44,119 nt of DNA from a virus: IMG/VR virus record IMGVR_UViG_3300045988_175650, positions 1-44,119 of that record. The stretch is one strand, 5' to 3'. Shown piece by piece: positions 7,859 to 15,195 of this stretch. A program made the position numbers and the translations under genes. Under the pieces are notes generated by a model. It had not been told where the DNA came from. It made no database searches and saw only the letters and a list, made by a program, of their open reading frames with translations. Numbering within the stretch: position 1 is the stretch's first letter; each line of letters starts with the position of its first letter.

Positions 7859-7892
7859 CAGACACCAAACGCGTTAATGTATCACGCGCTGT

Positions 7893-8570
7893 TTACTTCC
7901 AAAGCCACTGGATAAGGCCTTTCTTCTTCCTCTTCCCTTGCGGTTCGGTGGATTCTCGGGGCGACGCATCCCCTTTCCATCGTATTTCTATGACCTTCCT
8001 GCCCGGTGGCACCTGGTCGCGTGTTCTAAGCCACATCAAGGTAGTGCGATCGCCTGGGAAAAATGGCGGATAGTGGCTGTCGTCAATACTGCCGATGTTG
8101 GCGTAGTAGGTCTGTTCGCCGTGGTCGCCCGCATCTGAAAATATGACAATCCCGTTTGGATTGCGGGAAATGGCGGCTTTAATTTCCCTGTTGCGTCTTT
8201 GCGCGCTGCACAAAAAACAGACATAGTGCAGCAGGATTTCCGCACGGTGACGTGCTTCCGGGATGCTGCGTTTGGTCACCTTGACATCAGCCGCCGCCCA
8301 ATCAAGCATGTATGGCATCTCGGGATAGGTACGGAACAAGGCAATATGCTTGTCCAGATTCGGCCACTGCCAAGCAGTCCGATTAAATATGGGTTCAAGC
8401 TGCTTGTACATCTTGGTAATGCCCTGGTTGAAAATCGGGCGCATATGCTGCTGTATATCACGCAGTTGTGCCTTGTCCATCACCAGTTGCCGCGCAACGA
8501 TTTCCCATGCGGCGTTGTAGTCGGCGACAAATTCTTTTTCATCAGGGTCAAATTCGAGCAAGCCTGTCAT
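7893..8570 (-). CDS. Uncharacterised 225-aa protein, paralogue A of the 29881-30666 product
   Basis: Roughly half of the aligned residues match the second copy by eye (FDPD..FVADY..AW.IVA.QL.MD; W.W.NLD..IA.FRT.P.MPYML.WAA; RAEIL.HYV.FLC.AQ; YPPFFPGDR; VP.GR). Low-GC gene, last in the cI operon. I recognise no family. Confidence 0.8.
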   Translation of the reverse strand: MTGLLEFDPDEKEFVADYNAAWEIVARQLVMDKAQLRDIQQHMRPIFNQGITKMYKQLEPIFNRTAWQWPNLDKHIALFRTYPEMPYMLDWAAADVKVTKRSIPEARHRAEILLHYVCFLCSAQRRNREIKAAISRNPNGIVIFSDAGDHGEQTYYANIGSIDDSHYPPFFPGDRTTLMWLRTRDQVPPGRKVIEIRWKGDASPRESTEPQGKRKKKGLIQWLWK

Positions 8571-8584
8571 GTTGTTTACTCCTG

Positions 8585-9169
8585 CTAAGGAAACACTTTT
8601 TCGTTCTTGCTTTTAATTCGGTAAGTCAGATATTCCACATGTTTTGCCATTTCCTTCATATTGAAGGCAATCATGGCAAGTTCTGTCTGCGATATTTTTT
8701 TAACATTTTCTGGAGAAGTAATAAATTTCCTCGCGGCATCCAAGTCGCTGCCAGGCGCAACAATAGATAGCATTTCGCGCAAACACGGTCGGACTTTCTC
8801 AGGGTCTGATTCCCAATAGACATCGTAGCTGGTGCGACAATCAGCTATCTCTTTATGTGACGACTCAATGACAGCTTGAGCCTTAAATATATTCATGTCC
8901 CCATCTTTTATATTCTTCCTCGGCACTATTGCTGGCTGTGATGGCTTGCTCCTATCTTCCTCAACCGCAGAATCTAGCTGACGCTGGGAATTATCCTGGA
9001 CACCGTGTTCCCTTGCTAATTGTGCTTCGGTTTTCCCCTGCGCTTCCAAGCACTCCGTGCGCAGTTTGTAAGTTTTCATTTTGGTGCAGTCGGCGTTTTC
9101 GAGGGTAACAATCTCCGCCAAAGCCGCGCCCACTATCAATAATAAAGCTGAACCTAATAATTTACGCAT
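8585..9169 (-). CDS. Secreted/periplasmic protein with signal peptide and four Cys (194 aa from MRKLLG)
   Basis: MRKLLGSALLLIVGAALA is a signal-peptide-like N-terminus. RBS AGGAG before the ATG at 9169. The longer track version would overlap the upstream gene. A sampled line in this gene is 37% G+C. Confidence 0.7.
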   Translation of the reverse strand: MRKLLGSALLLIVGAALAEIVTLENADCTKMKTYKLRTECLEAQGKTEAQLAREHGVQDNSQRQLDSAVEEDRSKPSQPAIVPRKNIKDGDMNIFKAQAVIESSHKEIADCRTSYDVYWESDPEKVRPCLREMLSIVAPGSDLDAARKFITSPENVKKISQTELAMIAFNMKEMAKHVEYLTYRIKSKNEKVFP

Positions 9170-9180
9170 AGCAATCTCCT

Positions 9181-9381
9181 CTATGGGGTTAATAGTGATG
9201 TTTGGAATACATGCGGGATATACCACGCTAATCCTATGGCGCTGAGGATCATAGTAATCCACGCCGCAAGCGTAAGCGGCCAATTTATGACGCTATCCCT
9301 GCCGCATCTCACGCAATCGTGATACCTAGATTGTGTCTTTGCCCCGCAATCCGGGCACCGTGAATAATTAAATATCAACAT
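9181..9381 (-). CDS. Small zinc-ribbon + single-TM membrane protein (66 aa from MLIFNY)
   Basis: CPDC...(11 aa)...CVRC, then the hydrophobic helix WPLTLAAWITMILSAIGLAWYI. RBS GGGAGAAAAT before the ATG at 9381, 18 nt after the repressor stop. Confidence 0.65.
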   Translation of the reverse strand: MLIFNYSRCPDCGAKTQSRYHDCVRCGRDSVINWPLTLAAWITMILSAIGLAWYIPHVFQTSLLTP

Positions 9382-9398
9382 ATTTTCTCCCTGATTGT

Positions 9399-10118
9399 TT
9401 AACCGCCCCGCCACACAACATGGCCGATGATTTGAAAGTCCGGTGCGCCCTCCCCTCCTTGATATTCGATGGGTTCATAGGCGGGATTGCGGCTGATGAT
9501 GCGCACGCCGTCCGGCGTGGCGCGCAACTCTTTGACTAACATGTGGCCGTTATAGGCAATAGCGTACACCTCACCATCTGACAACTCGGTATCCGTGGTG
9601 TCAATGATGATGGTGTCGTGGTTGTAGAGGTAGGGCTCCATGCTGTCGCCCCTGACGTACATCGCGCGCAAGTTCCTCGCTGTAAGACGCCGGGCCTTGA
9701 ACCACCCGTGGCGGAAATAGAGCGGGTCGTCCTCCGGGCGCACTATCCATTCTACCGTTGACCCTTTCCCCTCCGGCCCAGCAGCAAGACGCACGTCATA
9801 GATTTCAATTCGCTGGTGGGTGTCAGTTGGATGCACACCCTTCGGGAGTATCTGCACGGTTTGCTGGGGCGGAATAAAGCTCACGCGACTGTTGTCATTT
9901 TCCGTTGTTGTCATGCCTTGCCCCTCTACCCCTGTAAGGATGTAGTTCGCGTCAACGCCTAATCGAGCGCTTGCCAGCATCGCCCCCTGTTTTGAAATCC
10001 CTCTCGCCGCCCAGTTCGTGATGTTTTGTGGTGTAACGTCCAAAGCAGACGCGAGTTCTGCAGGCTGCATCTTTGTGGTGTCGAAAAGTCGCTGCATGGT
10101 TGGGTGTGTCTTTTTCAT
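9399..10118 (-). CDS. CI/LexA-type prophage repressor: N-terminal HTH + C-terminal S24 peptidase (239 aa from MKKTHP; alternative start at 10097)
   Basis: HTH segment MQPAELASALDVTPQNITNWAARGISKQG. S24 autocleavage domain with GDSMEP (Ser nucleophile) and a downstream Lys (MLVKEL). Divergent from the cro-like gene. The 369-aa track ORF runs across the operator region and antisense through cro, so it is trimmed. Confidence 0.88.
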   Translation of the reverse strand: MKKTHPTMQRLFDTTKMQPAELASALDVTPQNITNWAARGISKQGAMLASARLGVDANYILTGVEGQGMTTTENDNSRVSFIPPQQTVQILPKGVHPTDTHQRIEIYDVRLAAGPEGKGSTVEWIVRPEDDPLYFRHGWFKARRLTARNLRAMYVRGDSMEPYLYNHDTIIIDTTDTELSDGEVYAIAYNGHMLVKELRATPDGVRIISRNPAYEPIEYQGGEGAPDFQIIGHVVWRGG

Positions 10119-10274
10119 CTCGCTGCTCAGGTTAAACAACTTGTTGAAGTTACCGAATATTAAATCAGAAATAGCAAACGTTTTGTTACACAACATGGAT
10201 GAAACATAAATAAACGGATTGTTTTTAGTACACAATATGTTTATTATGTGTGTACTAAACGACCTGAGCATCAC
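10119..10274. promoter_or_regulatory. Immunity-region divergent promoter/operator segment
   Basis: Perfect 11-bp inverted repeat TTTAGTACACA (10224-10234) / TGTGTACTAAA (10249-10259), 14 bp apart. It brackets a candidate PR (TTGTTT 10219-10224, 17-nt spacer, TATTAT 10242-10247). A related half-site TTGTTACACAAC lies at 10183-10194. Confidence 0.7.
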
Positions 10275-10502
10275 ATGAAAGACAGAGAACTGATTGAAAG
10301 GCTGGGAGGGACGGCGGCTGTAGCGGTTTCTTTGGGTACCAGCTACCAGCGCGTCTACAACTGGACGACGCGAGGAATCCCCCCCGCCGTGAAGTTGGAG
10401 CACCCCGAACTGTTCTTGAGCGACGAGCCGCCGGTTCTGCCACGTCGCAAACGCGGCCGCGCCATGAAGCCCACCGAAGAAACACCGGAGCCCACCCCAT
10501 GA
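10275..10502 (+). CDS. Cro-like / YdaS-type small HTH regulator (75 aa from MKDRELI)
   Basis: Divergent from the repressor. MKDRELIERLGGTAAVAVSLGTSYQRVYNWTTRGIP is a typical Cro/YdaS-like HTH. Confidence 0.75.
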   Translation: MKDRELIERLGGTAAVAVSLGTSYQRVYNWTTRGIPPAVKLEHPELFLSDEPPVLPRRKRGRAMKPTEETPEPTP

Positions 10503-10506
10503 ACGC

Positions 10507-10530
10507 AAAAAAACCGCCCTTGCGGGCGGC
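10507..10530 (-). terminator. Rho-independent terminator oriented for the minus strand (downstream of the 10660-10977 gene)
   Basis: CCGCCC (10514-10519), loop ttgc, GGGCGG (10524-10529). On the minus strand it is followed by TTTTTTT. On the plus strand the hairpin is followed by ctatcgaaa, so it should be weak against PR read-through. Confidence 0.65.
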
Positions 10531-10659
10531 TATCGAAACGGGGAGCGGATGGGCCGCTGTCCCGAAAAGGTTAAAGGAGGAATTGAATTATGACTGACGA
10601 ACAAGAGAAATTCAAGCACCTACGCAGTTTTGCAGATGCGGTTCCGCCGCGCGGGCAAA

Positions 10660-10977
10660 TCAACGTATTGCTTGGGATAAGAACACCCCGAGCATCGTCC
10701 AGTTCATCACTAATGCGACGTAATCGCCGCGTATCACTTGGGATTTGAAGATGAAAAAACCTGTATTGACGACGACATTCACGGCAAAGACCGGGAAAAC
10801 CCATGCAGGGGCGGCGACCACGGCGATTACCAGGAGGAACAGAAGTAGTGTGTTGATTATCGTCTCTGCCTGCGCTTCCCTGCTGCTATTTTTGGTGAGC
10901 TGGTGGACGGCACCAGCCAACCCGATCAATGCCAGCACGATGGTGGCGACACCCGATGCGGCGCTTATATCCGGCAT
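10660..10977 (-). CDS. Polytopic small membrane protein (105 aa, 3-4 predicted TM helices), convergent moron inside the early-right operon
   Basis: Near-perfect RBS CAGGAGGTGATTT before the ATG at 10977. Hydrophobic stretches VATIVLALIGLAGAV, LLLFLLVIAVVAAPAWVFPVFAV and YVALVMNWTMLGVFL. Confidence 0.75.
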   Translation of the reverse strand: MPDISAASGVATIVLALIGLAGAVHQLTKNSSREAQAETIINTLLLFLLVIAVVAAPAWVFPVFAVNVVVNTGFFIFKSQVIRGDYVALVMNWTMLGVFLSQAIR

Positions 10978-11084
10978 AAATCACCTCCTGTTTCAGGTTC
11001 GGTTGATGCGCGCGACCACGCTGTGCGCATTGCTCACCGTGATTTTAAGCCAAGTCCACATTATGCGGCTAGAGGGCAGAAAAG

Positions 11085-11366
11085 ATGACTAGAAGCGAAC
11101 ACGCGCGCGTAACTGCCTGGATACGCGCCAAACACAAGGAGACGGGCAAATACCCGTCGCATGAAGAGATTTTGCTGCGGATGCTGCAAGAGGCGCAGGA
11201 AGTCACCTATTTGGACGCGGTGGAGTACGGCCTCGGCTCCACGTTCAGGAGCCGCCTAAGTGACCTGCGCAAGCTGCACAGCATCATCAGTTATGACAAG
11301 AGTGTGCCGACCCGTTACGGCACGAAGGCAACAGTTAAGGCGCACCGCCTGGGAGGTTTGTTGTGA
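11085..11366 (+). CDS. HTH_39-like winged-helix DNA-binding protein (93 aa)
   Basis: TYLDAVEYGLGSTFRSRLSDLRKLHSIISYDKSVPTRYGTKATVKAHRL matches my recollection of the HTH_39 pattern (T..eA...G..rL.aRI.dLr..G..I......n..G.....Y.L). Confidence 0.5.
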   Translation: MTRSEHARVTAWIRAKHKETGKYPSHEEILLRMLQEAQEVTYLDAVEYGLGSTFRSRLSDLRKLHSIISYDKSVPTRYGTKATVKAHRLGGLL

Positions 11367-11653
11367 GCATGATGTTGATGGTGCAGGCGCTGAAAGCCAA
11401 GGGAGGCGGCATGAGCTGGCTGTATGACGAGGCACCGCCGCGTGGGAGGTTTGTCGCGCTGCGTAAGGACGGGCGCGAGGCGGAGGTGTTTTTTCGCAAG
11501 CCGCTGGGTGCGGTGATGGATGCCGACTGCAATGAACGCCTGCCCGCATGGGCGACCGATGCCGCGCTGGTGGCGTGGTTTGTGGATGCAGGGTTTGCCT
11601 TCTGGTTGCCCCTGCCGGATGGGTTGAAATTGTTTTATGAGGGGCAGGCATGA
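11363..11653 (+). CDS. Hypothetical protein (96 aa; GTG at 11363 or ATG at 11369)
   Basis: ORF with start/stop overlaps on both sides. No confident motif. Confidence 0.5.
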   Translation: MSMMLMVQALKAKGGGMSWLYDEAPPRGRFVALRKDGREAEVFFRKPLGAVMDADCNERLPAWATDAALVAWFVDAGFAFWLPLPDGLKLFYEGQA

Positions 11654-12642
11654 GGCTCACCATTTATTTCAATCAGGCGCGCATGATTGAGTGGGGGTTA
11701 AACCCCAATCATGCTGCGCTGGTATGCGCACTCAATCAGGCGCACACATGGGCGGAAGCATCCGTCATTGACGGCAAGATGTTTTTTTGGGTGAGTCGCA
11801 AGCGGGTCATGGATGAGCTGCCCGGCTTTTTTACCAAGTCGGACACGGTCTATCGCGCCTTCCGTCATCTCGCCGATAAGGGGCTGATTGAGTACATCAA
11901 GCAGGGCGACCGAGACATGATTCATCTGACCGAAAAATTCAAGAAATGGAACGTTGCGCCGCGCTCGGAAATAAATCCGAACCTCGGAAATGAACCCGAA
12001 CCTCGGAACGAAATCCGGAAAAGCTCGGAAATAAAACCGAATTACCTCGGAAATGAATCCGACATATTAGATACAACAGGATTAGATACATCAGGATTAG
12101 ATTTACCCCCTTCGGGGGTTAGCGCGCGCGCGACCGCCGACGACGACCAGCCGAAATTTTCCGACCCGCCACCGGAACCCTCACCCCCTGCCAAGTCGAA
12201 ACGGCAAAGCCGCGAGGAGGCGTTTGTCGCCTTCGTGGTTGAGCGTGGCGTGGACGAGGAGACGGCGCGCTGCTGGTGGCAGTACCGCGATGGCAAGCCG
12301 ATGACCAGCAAGGCGTGGGAGCGGCATTGCGCGCAGGCCGAGGCGGCAGGGATTACCCCGCAGGCAGCGGCGGATTACACCGCCGGGCGGGAATGGCGCG
12401 CGTTTTACGCCGATGGGTACTTGCGCGAGATGGCCGACACCGAGCTGGCGAGACGGCAAAGCGCGCCGATACCGCAAGGCCGCGTGTTTGACCAGCAGGG
12501 CAACCCGCAGGGGATGACATCGGGGATGCCCGCGAGGTTTGGCAATGTGCCACCGATGCCTGCCGGGCGGACGAGCAAGATGAGCCAAGGCTTGGCAGCG
12601 TTGGAGGAAATGAAAGCGAAAATTGACCGGGGGGAGATTTGA
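11650..12642 (+). CDS. Replication initiator, lambda O-like (330 aa) with internal origin iterons
   Basis: N-terminal winged-helix-like region. The coding sequence contains five tandem iterons of about 18 bp followed by an AT-richer repeat block, as in lambda O/ori. It occupies the position after the cro/cII-like genes. Confidence 0.65.
   Translation: MRLTIYFNQARMIEWGLNPNHAALVCALNQAHTWAEASVIDGKMFFWVSRKRVMDELPGFFTKSDTVYRAFRHLADKGLIEYIKQGDRDMIHLTEKFKKWNVAPRSEINPNLGNEPEPRNEIRKSSEIKPNYLGNESDILDTTGLDTSGLDLPPSGVSARATADDDQPKFSDPPPEPSPPAKSKRQSREEAFVAFVVERGVDEETARCWWQYRDGKPMTSKAWERHCAQAEAAGITPQAAADYTAGREWRAFYADGYLREMADTELARRQSAPIPQGRVFDQQGNPQGMTSGMPARFGNVPPMPAGRTSKMSQGLAALEEMKAKIDRGEI
11964..12063 (+). 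repeat. Five tandem ~18-bp iterons (CTCGGAAAT[A/G]AA[T/C/A]CCGAA), putative phage origin
   Basis: Copies at 11964-11981, 11983-12000, 12002-12020, 12024-12041 and 12046-12063, followed by three ATTAGAT(A/T) motifs (two as GGATTAGAT) at 12064-12110. Confidence 0.8.
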
Positions 12643-12643
12643 G

Positions 12644-13072
12644 ATGCAAACGAACATGGCGCAAAGCGTGAAGCGCGAAATCATGCTGGGCTTGCAGAAG
12701 CTGGCGACGTTGCAGCTGGAAAACGCACCTGCGGCGGAGAACCTCACCGACACGGCGCAGGTGTGGATGGAAGTGATTGGCTACGACAAAGCCTTTGGCG
12801 ACGATGCTGCACTGCGTTTCCGCGAGGCTTTTATGCAGCTGGCGCGGATGGTCAAGCGCTGGCCGTCACCCGCCCACCTGCTGGAAATCCTGCCCCCGCC
12901 GCCACCACCGCCCGCCCTGCCGGAACCGCCGAAGCGGGCAGAAACCCCGGAAGAACGCGCCGAAGAAGAGGCATTTTGGGCAAACATCAATGCGGGTTTG
13001 CGCGGGGAGGGCGCCAATCTGGACGCGCTGGCCGCTGGCAAGCGGATGTTTGGTAAAGGAGGTGAGGCATGA
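12644..13072 (+). CDS. Hypothetical replication-module protein (142 aa from MQTNMAQ), with a poly-Pro stretch
   Basis: ATG at 12644 lies 2 nt after the initiator stop and is preceded by GGGGGAG. Contains PPPPPPPALPEPP. Function unknown; it sits in the slot where helicase loaders occur in lambdoids. Confidence 0.55.
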   Translation: MQTNMAQSVKREIMLGLQKLATLQLENAPAAENLTDTAQVWMEVIGYDKAFGDDAALRFREAFMQLARMVKRWPSPAHLLEILPPPPPPPALPEPPKRAETPEERAEEEAFWANINAGLRGEGANLDALAAGKRMFGKGGEA

Positions 13073-13320
13073 TGCAGGGCTACCGCAATTTACCGGGGCG
13101 CTATGACGTGATCGCGGACAAGGAGGAACGCCGCGCGCTGTGGGACGGTCTTTTTCACGACGGCTTCCCGCCGCAAACGCTGGACGATGCGCGGCAGGTG
13201 CTGGTGTGGTTCCAGCTTTGGCGACGCGGGCAGGCTTTGTTGCCGATGATTGAACCGAAGATTATCAGCTGGGCAATGGACAGGGCGCTGGCCGCGTTGG
13301 ACGAAGGAGGCGAGGCATGA
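13069..13320 (+). CDS. Hypothetical protein (83 aa)
   Basis: ATGA overlaps on both sides. Confidence 0.55.
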   Translation: MMQGYRNLPGRYDVIADKEERRALWDGLFHDGFPPQTLDDARQVLVWFQLWRRGQALLPMIEPKIISWAMDRALAALDEGGEA

Positions 13321-13808
13321 CCGGCGCGATGTTGCGGAGTATCCGCAAAGCCTACCGGCTGGATGTGGCGCAGATTGCCAACGCGGCAGGGCTGGCGGTG
13401 CAGACGGTACGCATGACGGAGCTCACCGGCAAGTCGTATGTCTGCGGCCGTCAAGACCGGGACGCGCGCCGCCGTGCGCAGGTCTGGCGTGCGTATCTCA
13501 AGGCGCTGCGGGTGCTGCGGGTAGGGCGCAAGCCGGTCATCCAAGCGGCGCCAAAGCCCGCCCGGAGCGGCGTGCTGAAGCCGTCGCCGGATGCGGTGCT
13601 GGTAGAGCGCGACGGCGTGCGGGAGTGGGTCAAGGTGGTCGAGTACGCCGACGGCCGCAAGTATGGCTTTGTGTGGCGTGATGGCGACTGGTACCGCACC
13701 GCGTGGGTCGAGGAGCGCTTTTTGGGGCGCAAGGTCACGCCACGTTTTGCCGAGGGCGACGAGGCATACCCGGATGCCGGGCTGGCGAGGTGGCGCAATG
13801 GCTATTGA
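13317..13808 (+). CDS. Hypothetical protein with N-terminal XRE-like HTH (163 aa)
   Basis: LRSIRKAYRLDVAQIANAAGLAVQTVRMTE is HTH-like. ATGA overlap with the upstream ORF. Confidence 0.5.
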   Translation: MTGAMLRSIRKAYRLDVAQIANAAGLAVQTVRMTELTGKSYVCGRQDRDARRRAQVWRAYLKALRVLRVGRKPVIQAAPKPARSGVLKPSPDAVLVERDGVREWVKVVEYADGRKYGFVWRDGDWYRTAWVEERFLGRKVTPRFAEGDEAYPDAGLARWRNGY

Positions 13809-13816
13809 GGTGCGGC

Positions 13817-14056
13817 ATGGTTAAGTCAGTCAGCGACGGCTACGACGCCTGGTACATCGACCAGGTGCTTAACATCTGCCTCGCCCGCTGGCTCAATCCG
13901 GCCATCGTCCCGCAAATGTGCCGGGCGCTGGAGTCGCAATGCGAGCGCAAGCGCGATCGGCAGGTGCTGATGATGCTGCGCAAGAGCAAGCAGCCGGCAG
14001 CGCAGATTGACGAGATTTTCCGATTTATCGAGCGGCTTTTACGGAGGGAGAAATGA
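13817..14056 (+). CDS. Hypothetical protein (79 aa from MVKSVSD)
   Basis: RBS GAGGTG before the ATG at 13817. 4-nt overlap with ninB. Confidence 0.5.
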   Translation: MVKSVSDGYDAWYIDQVLNICLARWLNPAIVPQMCRALESQCERKRDRQVLMMLRKSKQPAAQIDEIFRFIERLLRREK

Positions 14057-14517
14057 ACGGACAGCAGTTTCGGCTGGTGAATGAGCAGGTGCGCGGTAAC
14101 GCGATGCGCGCCGTGCAGGCGGCGGCTATTGATGGCGATGCAATCCTGGTGGTGCGCATTGAGCCGGAGGAGAAGAAACGGACGCTGCGGCAGAACAAGT
14201 ATTTGTGGGGCGTGGTGTACAAAACCATCGTGGATAACGACCCCGGCTTTTTCTGCTGTGATGCGGTGGACAGTCTGCGCAAGACCGCGCGGCTATCGGC
14301 GGCGGAAGTGGTGCATGAATTCTGCAAGGCGCGCTTCCTGCCGTCGGCGGACTTGCCCGGTTTGCAGATTACCGTCGCGCCCTCGACCGCCAAGCTGCCA
14401 CGCAAGGAGTTTCAGGACTATGTCGAATCTATCCGGCGCTGGGCAGCGGATGAATTGCAGGTGTTTGTGCCTGATCCGACGGTGTGCGGCTATGACGATT
14501 TGGGGTGGCTGCGATGA
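14053..14517 (+). CDS. ninB: NinB-like recombination protein (154 aa)
   Basis: FRLVNEQVRGNAMRAVQAAAIDGDAILVVRIEPEEKKRTLRQNKYLWGVV parallels lambda NinB IRSPAHQQNAIHAVQQIL..PIVVTIQERNRSLDQNRKLWACL. Confidence 0.7.
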   Translation: MNGQQFRLVNEQVRGNAMRAVQAAAIDGDAILVVRIEPEEKKRTLRQNKYLWGVVYKTIVDNDPGFFCCDAVDSLRKTARLSAAEVVHEFCKARFLPSADLPGLQITVAPSTAKLPRKEFQDYVESIRRWAADELQVFVPDPTVCGYDDLGWLR

Positions 14518-15185
14518 CTAAATCATCAGTTTTGCGCTGCGGTGACTGTCTCGAATTGTTGGCGGAGATTCCGGACGGCAGCATTGACCTGCTGGTAACC
14601 GACCCGCCCTATTGTATCGGCACAACCAGTAACGGCACGAAAGGTAGCTGGTCGGACAACAATTTAATCCGCCCGTTCTTTACCGTGTTTTTCCGCGAGG
14701 TGGCACGGGTGCTCAAAGACGGCGCGGCGTTTTACATCAACACCGACTGGCGCACTTACCCCTTTCTCTTTCCGCTGATTGCGGAAAGGTTGACGGTGCG
14801 CAACTGCATTGTCTGGGATTACGAGTGGATCAAGGCCGGGGCGTTCTATCGTTTTCGGCACGAGTGGATCGTGTTCGGCACCAAAGGCGAAAGCGCGCGG
14901 GCTTTCCCGGCAAGCGAGGCGGACGTGTGGCGCATTAAGACCGCGAGCTTCGACAAAGACAAGCAGCATCAGGCGCAGAAACCGCTAGCACTGGTGGAGA
15001 AGATGATTTTGAACAGCAGCAGGCCGGGTGACGTGGTGCTGGATGCCTTCGCGGGCAGCGGCACGACGGCAGTAGCCTGCAAGAAAACAGGGCGGCGGTT
15101 TATTGGTTTCGAAATCGACCCGGCAACGTTTGCCGTGGCATGCGCACGGATTGGGCGCGAAACGCGGCAGGAATACATGTTTTGA
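14514..15185 (+). CDS. Orphan DNA methyltransferase, N6-adenine/N4-cytosine (N6_N4_Mtase type), 223 aa
   Basis: Catalytic motif IV LVTDPPY precedes the AdoMet-binding motif I VLDAFAGSGTTAVAC, the beta-class order. No adjacent restriction gene. ATGA overlap with ninB. Confidence 0.85.
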   Translation: MTKSSVLRCGDCLELLAEIPDGSIDLLVTDPPYCIGTTSNGTKGSWSDNNLIRPFFTVFFREVARVLKDGAAFYINTDWRTYPFLFPLIAERLTVRNCIVWDYEWIKAGAFYRFRHEWIVFGTKGESARAFPASEADVWRIKTASFDKDKQHQAQKPLALVEKMILNSSRPGDVVLDAFAGSGTTAVACKKTGRRFIGFEIDPATFAVACARIGRETRQEYMF

Positions 15186-15195
15186 GGGGGCAATC

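Noticed and set aside
7950-8100. Resemblance of the paralogues' ...D.GE...Y.NI..ID...YPPFFPGDR segment to the MuF motif ...H..L.G......W...PP..(F/H)(N)CRC
   Set aside because: The similarity is limited to a PP-x-x-x-x-x-R spacing seen by eye, and the catalytic or structural Cys residues are absent. It is too weak to claim homology without a profile comparison, and is worth testing only as part of the HHpred check.
10119-10508. N-terminal 130-aa extension of the repressor ORF (369-aa track version)
   Set aside because: The extension runs through the AT-rich operator region and antisense through the cro-like gene. The HTH domain begins right after Met131 or Met138.
10590-10748. 52-aa plus-strand ORF with a strong AAGGAGG RBS downstream of cro (a possible cII-like small gene)
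   Set aside because: Its second half overlaps the well-supported convergent membrane-protein gene and translates to low-complexity RTPRASSSSSLMRRNRR. It is kept only as an open question in the findings and is not annotated.
11964-12063. The short regularly spaced repeats as a CRISPR array
   Set aside because: The repeats are ~18 bp and separated by only 1-4 nt, so there are no spacers. They lie inside an ORF of the replication module, and no cas genes are present. Iterons are the better explanation.
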